Of a DNA stretch of 44,977 nt, positions 34,844-44,822 are shown one piece after another (the first letter of the stretch is position 1; every line of letters starts with the position of its first letter). This DNA comes from a virus (lineage: Duplodnaviria; Caudoviricetes). Below the pieces are notes generated by a model that searched no databases, had not been told where the DNA came from, and was given only the letters and a program-made list of their open reading frames with translations. The position numbers were made by a program, and so were the translations under genes. Location of the stretch: IMG/VR virus record IMGVR_UViG_3300004633_000002, positions 1 through 44,977 of that record. One strand, given 5' to 3'.

Positions 34844-35085
34844 TCGGTCGGCGGCTGCAGGGGCGGCAGGCGGTACTGGCGCCGCAGCTTTCGGAGCTTC
34901 TCCCAGGCCTCACCTTCAGACCTGGCGTAGCTGATTCTGCGCTCGCCTTCGACCATCAGCGACGCGCACCAGCGGCCGTCAGCGGTGCGTTGGTACACCG
35001 AGCCCTGGTGGTTGCGCCGCTTGGGCGTGGCCTCCGACCAGACCTCGCCCGAGCCGCCGCAGTTGGGGCAGACTTGCCAGGTCAC
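34840..35085 (-). CDS. Small protein: CxxCxGxG motif plus integrase arm-binding-like domain
   Basis: CPNCGGSG followed by GSVYQR..DGRW.A....G.R...Y....EA.EKL; GTG start in a GTGA overlap. Confidence 0.65.
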   Translation of the reverse strand: MTWQVCPNCGGSGEVWSEATPKRRNHQGSVYQRTADGRWCASLMVEGERRISYARSEGEAWEKLRKLRRQYRLPPLQPPTE

Positions 35086-35417
35086 AGAACGACGACGAAG
35101 GTGTGCCCGAAGTACTCGTCCAGGGCGGCCACATCCTCGTCGGTCAGGTCGACGGTGTCGGGCGGATCGGTACGCACGATGATGACTGGCCCGACCAGGG
35201 GCTGGCCCAGCAGCACCGAGTACACGTTGTGGGGCAGGTTCTTGCGGAGGCCGTCCTCGTCCACCAGGCCCATCAGGCCCTGCTGGCCCAGGTAGGGCGG
35301 TAGCTGGATTGGCTCCAGATAGCCGCCCAGGAGATCGTGCATGGCGTTCGGATCGTTCGCGTCTACCTCGGGGTAGCTGATGGCGCCCAGGGCGGGCACC
35401 AGGCACACGCGGGTCAT
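35082..35417 (-). CDS. DUF3846-like protein
   Basis: LLGGYLE, VDEDGL..NLP.N and LVGPVII motifs. Confidence 0.75.
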   Translation of the reverse strand: MTRVCLVPALGAISYPEVDANDPNAMHDLLGGYLEPIQLPPYLGQQGLMGLVDEDGLRKNLPHNVYSVLLGQPLVGPVIIVRTDPPDTVDLTDEDVAALDEYFGHTFVVVL

Positions 35418-35674
35418 AGTCTGCGGAAGCTAGAGATACGGCGCATGGAGAGAGTCACCTGGGTGCCGCACTTGGGGCAAGTGTCTTCCACTGCGAAGTC
35501 GAAGCGACTCGCCCACTTCGCGTGGGCTTGGCCCGCGAAGTAGCCACTGAGGATGCCGACGATGACGGCGAGCAAGGCCTGACCGCCGGCCAACAGGGCG
35601 AGGCAGATGACGAATAGAAAGAACGCGATCAGGATGGCGGTCCACGGTGGATACAGCGGTCGCACAGGCCTCAT
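35414..35674 (-). CDS. Membrane protein with C-terminal CxxC
   Basis: Two hydrophobic segments; CPKCG. Confidence 0.6.
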   Translation of the reverse strand: MRPVRPLYPPWTAILIAFFLFVICLALLAGGQALLAVIVGILSGYFAGQAHAKWASRFDFAVEDTCPKCGTQVTLSMRRISSFRRL

Positions 35675-35868
35675 TTGGCGTAGTTCAGCAGGAAGTAGAA
35701 GACGCCCGCGAAGCCCAGGATGAGCAAGCCGTACAGCGGCAGGATCAGGCCCATGATCAGCCAGGGCGTGGGCACGTTGTCGAGGCGGGTCTTGATCACG
35801 GCCAGGTCGCGTTCGATGGCGGTCAGGCGGTCCTCGATGGACGTGAAGCGGGTGTCGAGAGTGGTCAT
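35671..35868 (-). CDS. Coiled-coil plus TM small protein
   Basis: LDTRFTSIEDRLTAIERDL heptads followed by a TM helix; ATGA overlap. Confidence 0.7.
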   Translation of the reverse strand: MTTLDTRFTSIEDRLTAIERDLAVIKTRLDNVPTPWLIMGLILPLYGLLILGFAGVFYFLLNYAK

Positions 35869-36263
35869 GCTGGTATGCCCCTCGATGCGCGGTAGTTCGC
35901 CAGGGCGCGCTCGAACTCCTCGTGGCGATCGGTCGCCCACTGCTCTTTACGCGCCGCCCACCGGTCTTTGCGGACGGCGTCCTGCATGTTCATGTTGTGG
36001 TCGCCCAGGAACAAGTGCTCAGGGCGTACGCAGGCGCGGTTGTCGCAGTGGTGGAGCACCTGTAGGCCATCGGGGATGGGGCCGTAGTGAAGCTCCCAGG
36101 AGTAGCGGTGGGCACGATGGCGGTTGCCAGGACCACTACCGACGCTGAAGCAGCCGTACCCCGTGTCCAGGCGTGTGCCGAGCCATTCCCAGCAGCCAAC
36201 CTCGGCTCGCTTGACCTTGGCCCAGAACCGCTCGTACGCGGCTCGCTTACGATATTTACGCAT
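35865..36263 (-). CDS. HNH endonuclease (HNH_3-type)
   Basis: RFWAKV..CWEW.G..GYG..AHR.SW...GPIP.G..VLHHCDNRACVRPEHL..G...N..D. Confidence 0.9.
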   Translation of the reverse strand: MRKYRKRAAYERFWAKVKRAEVGCWEWLGTRLDTGYGCFSVGSGPGNRHRAHRYSWELHYGPIPDGLQVLHHCDNRACVRPEHLFLGDHNMNMQDAVRKDRWAARKEQWATDRHEEFERALANYRASRGIPA

Positions 36264-36831
36264 TGCGGGGCACCTCCCGTAGTGTCAGGCCCCCGACCGT
36301 TCACGCGGTGCGGGGGTCATTTCATTCTACGCACCTGGCGGCCAAGTACCCTTGATACCAATCGCAGATACCGAATCGCAGATGCTAAGCCGCAGGAATC
36401 AGGCCGTTCCAGGCCGCGCCAGACCCGCCCCCAAACTCAAATCGAGGCATGGTGTAAACGCCAAACGGGGCACTACACATCTCGGAGGAATCAAATGCGG
36501 CGCCCCGCTTTGAGATTGATTTGCCGCAGTTTGCCGCAGTTTGACGGCTGAAGATACCTGCCGATGGTACCTTCGCCCGACTAAGGCCTGCTGCGGCCTG
36601 ATGCCGTCTGTTAACTGCGATCTCATACAAGTCTCACGTTCGTTGCTCACGCTGCGTACTAGCCTGAACCAATGCATGCGATTCGGGAACGCTGCGACTG
36701 GTGTTATCGCAACGAGGTCGGCCTGGGCGGTGTCAGGCCGTACATGCGCGAGGTCACTTGAACGAACCCCGAGGGGAAGCGCCAGGTCTGGCGCGTGTGT
36801 CCTGACTGCCGCCGCAAGATGGAGCGGCTGA
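36264..36831. other. Non-coding repeat-bearing region; candidate attP or regulatory region
   Basis: Tandem TTGCCGCAGT x2 (36521-36540), AATCGCAGAT x2 (~36360-36383), several TGCGA/TCGCA words, hairpin at ~36288-36318. Confidence 0.35.
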
Positions 36832-37335
36832 TTACTCGCCTGAGGCGGCACGAGTCGCCAGGCGCAATACGTTGACCTGGGCGCGTATGCCGCCGTCGGG
36901 ATCGATGACGACCAGCACGCCCTTCTTGCCCAGGTCGCGCGCCTGGTGCATCGTCCAGCAGCCGCCGCTCTTGACGTGGTCCTCGGGCGGCGTATGGCAG
37001 TGGTAGCAGCCCTGCGGGAAGCGCATCCCGCTGAAGTCCTCGGGTAGCTCCTTGAGGGTGACGCAGGCGACGATGTCGCTCGCATTGGCAATCGCCAGGT
37101 TGCGCGCTCTGTAGTACTGCCAGCCACGTCTCAGGGGCGGGTACTCGCGGGTATCCACCCCGAGTTGCTCGGCCTCATCAATGGCCCACCAGTCGATGCC
37201 GCCCAGGGGCGAGTGGCCGCTGATCACGAGGTCGGCCTCGAACTTGCGGATCATCGTGTTGATCACGCGCCTGGCGGCGGCCTCCGTCACCGAGGTGAAC
37301 TTGGCCGCCTCGCTACCGACGATGCCGAGCTTCAC
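36832..37335 (-). CDS. SLOG-superfamily (YspA/DprA-like Rossmann) protein
   Basis: KLGIVGS, VISG....GGID..A, RN..IA..SD and SGG.WT...A...GK. Confidence 0.75.
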   Translation of the reverse strand: MKLGIVGSEAAKFTSVTEAAARRVINTMIRKFEADLVISGHSPLGGIDWWAIDEAEQLGVDTREYPPLRRGWQYYRARNLAIANASDIVACVTLKELPEDFSGMRFPQGCYHCHTPPEDHVKSGGCWTMHQARDLGKKGVLVVIDPDGGIRAQVNVLRLATRAASGE

Positions 37336-37526
37336 AGTAAGAAGTCGCCTGACGGGTGCACCATCTCTGGTTTGAGGCGGATCAGACGCAGGGCGCAGGC
37401 CTCGGTCGCACCTTGCCAGAACTCGGCAAGCTCGTCGGTTGTGAAGGTTTCCAAGACTTTGTCGAGGCGGGCCTCTAGTAGATTGATTGCCGCAGTTCCG
37501 TAGGCGGCGGCGGTTTCGTCAGGCAC
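37332..37526 (-). CDS. Hypothetical protein
   Basis: Coupled ORF. Confidence 0.5.
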   Translation of the reverse strand: MPDETAAAYGTAAINLLEARLDKVLETFTTDELAEFWQGATEACALRLIRLKPEMVHPSGDFLL

Positions 37527-37653
37527 GCCCGACCCACCAGGCCACCCACAGAGTGCCCAGGGCGGCCACCACGATGGAGGCCACGCCCATGCAGGTACAC
37601 GCTTCGTTGCTGAGCCAGGGCAGGCGGTAGCACTGCGCCAGCAGGATGGTCAT
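37519..37653 (-). CDS. 44-aa membrane protein (not in ORF track)
   Basis: MTILLAQCYRLPWLSNEACTCMGVASIVVAALGTLWVAWWVGRA; ATGA overlap. Confidence 0.55.
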   Translation of the reverse strand: MTILLAQCYRLPWLSNEACTCMGVASIVVAALGTLWVAWWVGRA

Positions 37654-37955
37654 AGCTCGGCCAGGATGTTCTCGGCTAGACGCTTGAATACGGCGCCGTC
37701 GATGATCGTCCAGCGGCCACCCAGGGACATCAGCACGTTGCTCCTGCGGTAGCCGTCCTCCATGTCCGTGAACACGCGCCAGCGCAGGTCGGTGGCGTAC
37801 TCGTTCTGGCTGACCATGCCCTCCATCATCTCGATGCGCGGCGCCTCGCGCTTAGCCACGTCGAAGTCGCCCCTCAGGAACCGGAACCACCGACTCAGTA
37901 GCCACGCGACGACTAGGCCGCTGGCGAGCCACGCCAACAGAATCCACTCCATCAC
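37650..37955 (-). CDS. Hypothetical protein with N-terminal TM (start uncertain)
   Basis: Overlaps the upstream HTH gene by ~100 nt if the TM start is used. Confidence 0.55.
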   Translation of the reverse strand: MMEWILLAWLASGLVVAWLLSRWFRFLRGDFDVAKREAPRIEMMEGMVSQNEYATDLRWRVFTDMEDGYRRSNVLMSLGGRWTIIDGAVFKRLAENILAEL

Positions 37956-38244
37956 GCCGCTGCTTCCGCCTGAGCCGCTGGCTGAGTAGCTCGATGGCGC
38001 GGCGGGGCAGGGCAGCCGCCTCGGCGCTGTTGCCCATGCGCTTGCCGCGCTCCCAGAGGGAGAGTGTTATGGGCGAGCAGCCGAGGATCTCGGCCACCTC
38101 TCGCTGGGTCAGGGCAAGCTCCAGCCGCAGGCGGCGCATCTTGTGGCCGTAGCTCTCCTGCTCGGGCGTGCCCAGGTCCTGGGCGCTGTACTGGTACGGG
38201 ATGGGCACGCCCATCTGGCCCAGGTTGCGGATGGCGACCATCAC
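37852..38244 (-). CDS. XRE-family HTH regulator
   Basis: LRLELALTQREVAEILGCSPITLSLWERG. Confidence 0.8.
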   Translation of the reverse strand: MMVAIRNLGQMGVPIPYQYSAQDLGTPEQESYGHKMRRLRLELALTQREVAEILGCSPITLSLWERGKRMGNSAEAAALPRRAIELLSQRLRRKQRRDGVDSVGVARQRPSRRVATESVVPVPEGRLRRG

Positions 38245-39455
38245 TCGGCCACCGGGAACTTCTCGGCACCTCGCCCCGTGTCATGCCAGGACAGTGCCTG
38301 GACAAGCTCGTCGCGACGCCAGGCATTCCAGCCCTTGATGACCACGGCCATCAGCCGCTCGCGAGCATCGGTGGTGGAGTGCCACTCGCGCCCGCCACGG
38401 TACATGTTGCGGAGCTTCAGGATGGGTGAGCCGGCCTCTAACTGGGCGCCCTCGATGAGCTTGTCGACGAACACCCGCGTCTGCTCCTCAGAGCGGCGCC
38501 AGAACATGGTCAGCATGATCGCCCACAGGCCGGTGCCGCCGACGAACTGGCCCTCCTTGCGGATCTTGTCGGCCAGGCGCAGGGCATCGTGCACCTCGGG
38601 GTGGGCCTCGATGTACGCCAGGCCGGCCGCGTTGCTGGGCGTGGTCAGGTGGCCCAGGCGGACACCGCCCACGTCGTACCGCCCGTACATCTCGATCAGG
38701 ATGAGCCCGCGCGCGGCGGTGGCCAGGGCCTTGGTGTTCTCGTGGCCGTGGATCGATAGCACGTCGGCCATGTTGCGGCTCTTGCCCGTGTCGATCTTGT
38801 CGAAGGCGCTCTCACTGATGCCGCGCACCACGATGCACGGCACGGCGATGCCGGCCCGCACGATAGCGTGCAGGCGGTGCTGGCCGTCGCGCACCTTGCC
38901 GTCCTTGTCGAGCTTGATCGTCTCGCCCGTCAGGTCCCACTCGCCCATCTGGATGGCGTGCACGAGCTTCAGGATGGCCCGCTCGCTGGGCTTGCGGTTG
39001 ATGCCGCCGCGCTCCAGCCAGGCCTGGGCCATGTCGGGCGTGATCATCTCGACGGCGATGCCCAGGCCGCTGTCGCCTGGGTGGATGTAGTGACCGTTGG
39101 TGACCGAGCGCTTGGCGCCCGGCCCGCCCAGGAGTGCCTGGACCTCGGCTTCTTGTGACATGGCCATCTGCTTGGCTGCTGCCCGTCGGCTCATATTGTT
39201 CTGGCGGAAGGCCGTCTGGACGCCTGCCCCGTTGGCCTTGTAGTTGCGCTCGTACAGCGCCAGGAACTCGTCACGAGGCTTGGTATGGACTCTCCCATCG
39301 TCATCCTCTCGGCTACTGCCGGTGTTGTCGCCCTTCTTGACGACCCTGTACTTGACCGCGCCGGCGAACGTCTGGCCTTCGATCTGGATGACCGTGCCAG
39401 AATGAACACCGCGACGCAGCACCCATTGTTCTCCTGGCTCAAGACGCGGAGCCAT
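38241..39455 (-). CDS. ParB/Srx-like (DGQHR) domain protein
   Basis: ITP..A..WL...NR...G.W...GETI..D..G...DGQHRL.A...D.G..R. Confidence 0.8.
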   Translation of the reverse strand: MAPRLEPGEQWVLRRGVHSGTVIQIEGQTFAGAVKYRVVKKGDNTGSSREDDDGRVHTKPRDEFLALYERNYKANGAGVQTAFRQNNMSRRAAAKQMAMSQEAEVQALLGGPGAKRSVTNGHYIHPGDSGLGIAVEMITPDMAQAWLERGGINRKPSERAILKLVHAIQMGEWDLTGETIKLDKDGKVRDGQHRLHAIVRAGIAVPCIVVRGISESAFDKIDTGKSRNMADVLSIHGHENTKALATAARGLILIEMYGRYDVGGVRLGHLTTPSNAAGLAYIEAHPEVHDALRLADKIRKEGQFVGGTGLWAIMLTMFWRRSEEQTRVFVDKLIEGAQLEAGSPILKLRNMYRGGREWHSTTDARERLMAVVIKGWNAWRRDELVQALSWHDTGRGAEKFPVAE

Positions 39456-39483
39456 CGCGACCTCCCTTTAGAGGGTGAACGCC

Positions 39484-39518
39484 AAAAAGGCCCCAGCCTG
39501 TTGGGCAGGCGGGGGCCT
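39484..39518 (-). terminator. Intrinsic terminator downstream of the integrase
   Basis: AGGCCCC-C-GCCTG/CAGGC-T-GGGGCCT stem followed by a U-tract on the minus strand. Confidence 0.75.
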
Positions 39519-39567
39519 CTCGGTGACGGCGGTGAGCGGCGGCTGAACGATCAGCCATAGGCGGGGG

Positions 39568-40905
39568 CTAGACCGCCACCTCGGCCTGAACCTCAAGCGA
39601 GGCCCAGAACCGATCCATCGACTCGGCGCCCAGGCGACGCTGGTCACCGATCAGGTGGGCGTAGATCGTGGCGGTGATGTCGGTATTGGCGTGGCGCAGA
39701 TGCTCGGACACCACCGTCAGCGGCACGAGGTCGCTCAGCATGAAGCTGCCGCAATCGTGGCGCATGCCGTGGAAGGTTTTCTTGACCCCGGCCCTGGCGC
39801 ACACCCGCTTGAACCAGCCGTACAGGTTGTTGGTCTGCAGCGGCGTGCCGTCGGCCGACGGGAAGACCAGGGCGTCTTCGGCGCCTGGGTCGGTGGCCAC
39901 CACGTAGGCCTCGCCCGACTGCGAGCCGGAGTGCTTGGCGTAGTACCACTCGCTGACCTGGCCAGCCGCCCAACCTGGCCCCTGAAGCTCGCGCAGCCGC
40001 GCACGGTGCACCTTGAGGAGCGCCATCGTGGCGACCGATAGCTGGACATCGTGGAACTCGCCGTCGCTGGTCTTCGAGCCAGGCACCAGGGCACGCCGCA
40101 CCGTGTTCTTTTTGGCCGAGCCGCTGCACACCTGATGCCAGCGCACCCAGATGCGGTTGTTGTCCCAGTCGATGTCCCCCCAGTGCAGGGCGCCGACCTC
40201 GGAGCAGCGCAGGCCAGAGTCCAGGGTGAACGGGATAACGGCCGCCAGGTGGTGGCCGGCTGCCGCCGCCATGAGCTTCGGGTAGTCGGCCTTCTCGCTC
40301 TGGTGGCGCTTGCGCTGGCCCACGCGCACGGCGTCCACGCTGGCGGCTGGGTTCTCGATCAGCCCCGTGGTGCGCTTCGAGGCCACGGCTGCCTTGAGGC
40401 ACGTCTTGATGCGCTTCAGGGCGTAGTTCACGCCGTCGGCGCCCAGGCCTGCCTCCTGGCGCTCCTTGCGCCAGCGCTTGAGCATCGCGTCGGTCAGGTC
40501 GACCAGGGCGACATCGCCCAGGAACGGCCAGACGTGCTTCTCCAGGGCGCGCTCGTATTTGGTCAGGGTGCTGGCGGCGTTGTTGTTGGCCACGTCGGTG
40601 TCCAGCCACTCGCGCGACCAGGCGCGCAAGGTGACTCGCTCCTGGCGGCCGAGCGGCATCGACTCCATCCCGCGATTGGCCAACTCGAAGACGTGCCTGT
40701 CACGCTGGGCGACCAGGGCAGCGTGGCCCTCGGGCGTGTTCTCGAACGGGCCATAGCGCTTGTAAACCAGCTTGCCCTGGAGGTCGCGGCCATTGCCGAC
40801 CTTGAGCAACAGCTTGCCATTGCCCAGCTTGACGACGCCCTTGCCGAGGTTATCGACGGCGGACTTGCGCGCTCGGCGCGTGGTAGAACGGACCTGTACT
40901 GTCAT
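39568..40905 (-). CDS. int: Tyrosine integrase
   Basis: SGLRCSE (R), K, HGMRH (HxxR), LRH and IYAH (Y); SAM-like core domain; ATG at 40905 after a GAGGGAGTAGT RBS. Confidence 0.92.
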   Translation of the reverse strand: MTVQVRSTTRRARKSAVDNLGKGVVKLGNGKLLLKVGNGRDLQGKLVYKRYGPFENTPEGHAALVAQRDRHVFELANRGMESMPLGRQERVTLRAWSREWLDTDVANNNAASTLTKYERALEKHVWPFLGDVALVDLTDAMLKRWRKERQEAGLGADGVNYALKRIKTCLKAAVASKRTTGLIENPAASVDAVRVGQRKRHQSEKADYPKLMAAAAGHHLAAVIPFTLDSGLRCSEVGALHWGDIDWDNNRIWVRWHQVCSGSAKKNTVRRALVPGSKTSDGEFHDVQLSVATMALLKVHRARLRELQGPGWAAGQVSEWYYAKHSGSQSGEAYVVATDPGAEDALVFPSADGTPLQTNNLYGWFKRVCARAGVKKTFHGMRHDCGSFMLSDLVPLTVVSEHLRHANTDITATIYAHLIGDQRRLGAESMDRFWASLEVQAEVAV

Positions 40906-41060
40906 CAGAGGACTACTCCCTCGGGTGCCAGTGCCGCGCCCTGGGCCGGTGAGACGGCGCCAGGGCATTTCACTGCCCCTTGATTTAGCTTCCGCCTGAT
41001 TCGGGCGGGAGTCGGATGATAAGGCGTGAATCCGCCTGATACCAATATTGACCCGAGGTA

Positions 41061-41471
41061 TCACAGGGTCCCACCGTTCGGCGGTGGCGGCCAGCCGTTG
41101 TCGCGGCGCCAGCGCCACAGGTTGCTGGGGTGGAGAGCGATCTCGTGCGCGACCTCGGTGAAGCGGGGTTCGCGCCGAAGCTCCAGCCAGAGCTTGTCGT
41201 AGGCCGTACGGATGATGCGCGTCCGCTCGGTGGGGTCCACGCTGAGGGACGCGCCCGGGCCGTCAGCCCGACGACCCTTGCGGGGTTTGAACATCCGCTT
41301 CGCCAATCGTTCGAGCAGCGATTGCTTGAGGTGTTCCCATAATTCCTCCCGCGAAATGATGGAGCCATCTTCAAGGGCGACAAGATCGAGTTGATTGGCG
41401 AAATGAAGCGCGAGAAAAGACTCAGTCTTCCCACTATTAGGCTGTACGTGAATGACCACCGGCGCCCCCAT
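41061..41471 (-). CDS. Putative immunity repressor/regulator with C-terminal HTH
   Basis: FTEVAHEIALHPSNLWRWRR; divergent from the rightward early genes and upstream of int. Confidence 0.55.
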   Translation of the reverse strand: MGAPVVIHVQPNSGKTESFLALHFANQLDLVALEDGSIISREELWEHLKQSLLERLAKRMFKPRKGRRADGPGASLSVDPTERTRIIRTAYDKLWLELRREPRFTEVAHEIALHPSNLWRWRRDNGWPPPPNGGTL

Positions 41472-41560
41472 CTGACCTACGTCTCGCGTTCGCTGCGGGC
41501 CGAGCGCATCTCTCCCTTATAGGCTCTTTACGTTGGGCATACAAGCCTCTGGGGGTATCG

Positions 41561-41612
41561 CGCAATGTGCATAAATACACTCAGTCGCCGGTAGCGAAAG
41601 ACGCACATTGCG
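41561..41612. promoter_or_regulatory. 10-bp perfect inverted repeat in the divergent (lysis/lysogeny) intergenic region
   Basis: CGCAATGTGC (41561-41570) ... GCACATTGCG (41603-41612). Confidence 0.5.
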
Positions 41613-41666
41613 TCATTACCGCCCCCTCTTGGTGGTGGGTGCCCCTGGGCTGCAGGCTAACAAACC

Positions 41667-41858
41667 ATGCCCAGAAGCATCTATGTGCCCCTCGAATCGA
41701 CGGAGCTTGCCCTGCTCGCGGCGATGGCCAGGGCCGAACATCGCACCCCGCACAACCAGGCCGCGCACCTGATCGCTGAAGCGCTGGATCGCTGGCGCGC
41801 CGAGCAGGTCCTCGAAGGATCGCTACAAGGCGAGAACTCACTGGAGGAGGTCGCGTAA
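41667..41858 (+). CDS. Arc/ribbon-helix-helix-like regulator
   Basis: SIYVPL...L..LA.MA..E.RT...QA..LI..AL. Confidence 0.7.
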   Translation: MPRSIYVPLESTELALLAAMARAEHRTPHNQAAHLIAEALDRWRAEQVLEGSLQGENSLEEVA

Positions 41859-42103
41859 TGGCAGAGTCCAACGGGACTCAGGAGGTGCTGCTGTTGACCG
41901 CGCAGCAGGCGGCGGACCTGTGCCAGGTGTCGGTCGACCGGATCTACGAGTGGACGTACATACCTGGGTTTCCAGTCATTGCTGGCCCCCACCAGCTACG
42001 CATCCATGCCAGGTTGTTTGAGGAGTGGCTGGTGGCTCGCGCCGCCGAGGGACGGACGCGGGAAGACGCCGAGCAGCCCAGGACGGAGGAGACGGCAGCG
42101 TGA
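41858..42103 (+). CDS. Excisionase-like HTH_17 protein
   Basis: LLLTAQQAADLCQVSVDRIYEW...FP......LRI...FEEWL. Confidence 0.8.
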   Translation: MAESNGTQEVLLLTAQQAADLCQVSVDRIYEWTYIPGFPVIAGPHQLRIHARLFEEWLVARAAEGRTREDAEQPRTEETAA

Positions 42104-42375
42104 ACGATATGAGCATGCACCTGATCGAGCTACTCAAGCACGTCGGGCACATCGAGGAACTGCTGATGTCCATCGACGAGAAGCTGGCCCAGGGCGCCAC
42201 CGGCAGCGGGGTGTCCAGTGTCGAGGTGAAGACGTCGACCAGGGGCTACGACATCACCACCAAGGCGTACACCGGCAGCCCCATCGTGCCCGCTGGCGAC
42301 GCCGCGATGGACGAGTTTGTGCGCGTGGCCCAGGAACTCACGGCCAAGCTGATGGGTCAGGACAAGGCGGCGTGA
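42100..42375 (+). CDS. Hypothetical protein
   Basis: GTGA-coupled; GGAGGAG RBS. Confidence 0.65.
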   Translation: MNDMSMHLIELLKHVGHIEELLMSIDEKLAQGATGSGVSSVEVKTSTRGYDITTKAYTGSPIVPAGDAAMDEFVRVAQELTAKLMGQDKAA

Positions 42376-42581
42376 GGCGCCTCTCGGAGCGCCAGGTCAA
42401 GGTGTGCGAGACGGCCGAGCGGCCTCGCTGCCGCTGCCGTTGCGGCGGTGTCCTGCATGGCGCCAAGCGCAGTGACCTGCCAGAGTTCTACGAGGGGCTG
42501 CCCGAGGAGGACCCGCACCAGCTACCTCGCCGCTCGCGTCAGCTTCGGCTGCCGCCGCCGGTCGGATCGGAGGCTGCCTGA
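42372..42581 (+). CDS. Zn-binding small protein (C..A....CxCxCGG..HG)
   Basis: CETAERPRCRCRCGGVLHG; GTGA overlap. Confidence 0.7.
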   Translation: MRRLSERQVKVCETAERPRCRCRCGGVLHGAKRSDLPEFYEGLPEEDPHQLPRRSRQLRLPPPVGSEAA

Positions 42582-42874
42582 TGCACAAGTGCCACGAGCT
42601 AACTGACGGGCACCGCACCATCGAGCGCGAGGAGGTCACGCCCCAGGACCTGTTCGACCTGGCGCACGACATGCTCGACCGCCTGGACGGCCTGGAGTGG
42701 GCCTTCGCCTGTCTGACGCTGATCAGCCTCAACCACCTCGACGTGATCGGCAAGCCCGAGGACCCGCAGGGCTATGCCGACACGCTGGGCACCCTGGAGC
42801 GCTGGCTCAGCGACTACCGCAAGGGCCAGGAGCAGATCGAACGCGACCGCTTCTTTATGGAGCAGCCCGAGTAA
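42581..42874 (+). CDS. Hypothetical protein
   Basis: TGATG coupling; GGAGG RBS. Confidence 0.7.
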   Translation: MHKCHELTDGHRTIEREEVTPQDLFDLAHDMLDRLDGLEWAFACLTLISLNHLDVIGKPEDPQGYADTLGTLERWLSDYRKGQEQIERDRFFMEQPE

Positions 42875-43037
42875 TGGCCGACTGCAAGCGCTGCGGCAAG
42901 CCGGTGCCGCCGGGCCGACGTAGCTACTGCTCGGAGGCGTGTGCCGACGTGGTCGCCCACCAAAGGCGCCTGGAGCGGCTGGCTAGAGGCCAGTGGAAGC
43001 TGGCCAAGTTCCGCGAATACCCGAAAGGAGAGGCGTG

Positions 43038-43038
<1 letters not shown>
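42874..43038 (+). CDS. Small CxxC...YCS..C zinc-ribbon protein
   Basis: CKRCGKPV...YCSEAC; TAATG coupling. Confidence 0.7.
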
Positions 43039-44093
<1,055 letters not shown>

Positions 44094-44097
<4 letters not shown>

Positions 44098-44822
44098 CCG
44101 AGCTTGCTAGAAGCCAGCCCAGCGGCCTGACCGTCAAGCTGGTGTCCGAGATGACCGGCTACGCGCCGACCGACATCGCCCTGGTCAGTAAGACCGTGGC
44201 CGTGGGCGCCACCCTGCAGGAGTTGGCGGTGTTTCTGCATGGCTGCCGCGCCCTGGGCCTGGACCCGCTGCTGCGCCAGGCGTACTGGATCAGGCGCCAG
44301 GGCAAGGGCGGCCTGCAGGTCGGCATCGACGGCTTCCGCGCCATTGCCGAGCGCAGCGGCGCCTACGCCGGCGCCGAAAGCATCGAGCATCGCGGCCAGA
44401 TCGAGTGGACCTACAAGGGCAAGAAGCTGATCGTGCCCGAGCTTGCCCGCGCCACGGTCTGGAAGCTGGTCGGCGGCCACAAGAACGCCTTCGTGGGCGA
44501 GGCCTACTGGAACGAGTTCGTGCCCAGCGGTGAGGCAGAGGCCTTCATGTGGGCCAAGATGCCGCGCCTGATGCTGGGCAAGTGCGCCGAGGCCCAGGCG
44601 CTGCGGCGGGCGTTCCCGGCCCAGCTAGGCAGCATCACCCTGGCCGAGGACTTCGACGACGCCCAGCTTCAGGTGACCGAGGAGGACCCGGCCGAGAAGC
44701 AGCGGCGGAATGCCAGGCGCTACGACGAGATCTTTACCCCCGACGACGAACGTCCGGCCAAGCCCGCGCCTGAGTCGAACGACTACCCCGAGGCTGACGA
44801 GGAGCCCGACGATGGCGACTGA
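44094..44822 (+). CDS. bet: Bet/RecT-family single-strand annealing protein
   Basis: GLDP...Q.Y....QVGIDGFR.IAERSG.YAG and W.KMP..ML.KCAEAQALRRAFP. Confidence 0.9.

Noticed and set aside
35865-36263. HNH gene as an intron-encoded or packaging nuclease
   Set aside because: Free-standing with its own RBS; no interrupted gene or intron core seen, and far from the terminase.
36485-36520. Sixth twister at AAATGCGGC on the plus strand
   Set aside because: Lacks the P4 loop UNNNAAGC and the GCAGA strand.
4622-39455. Complete Dnd phosphorothioation system (DndC-like plus DGQHR protein)
   Set aside because: The genes are unlinked, DndA/D/E are absent, and the DGQHR protein looks like the common phage ParB-like family.
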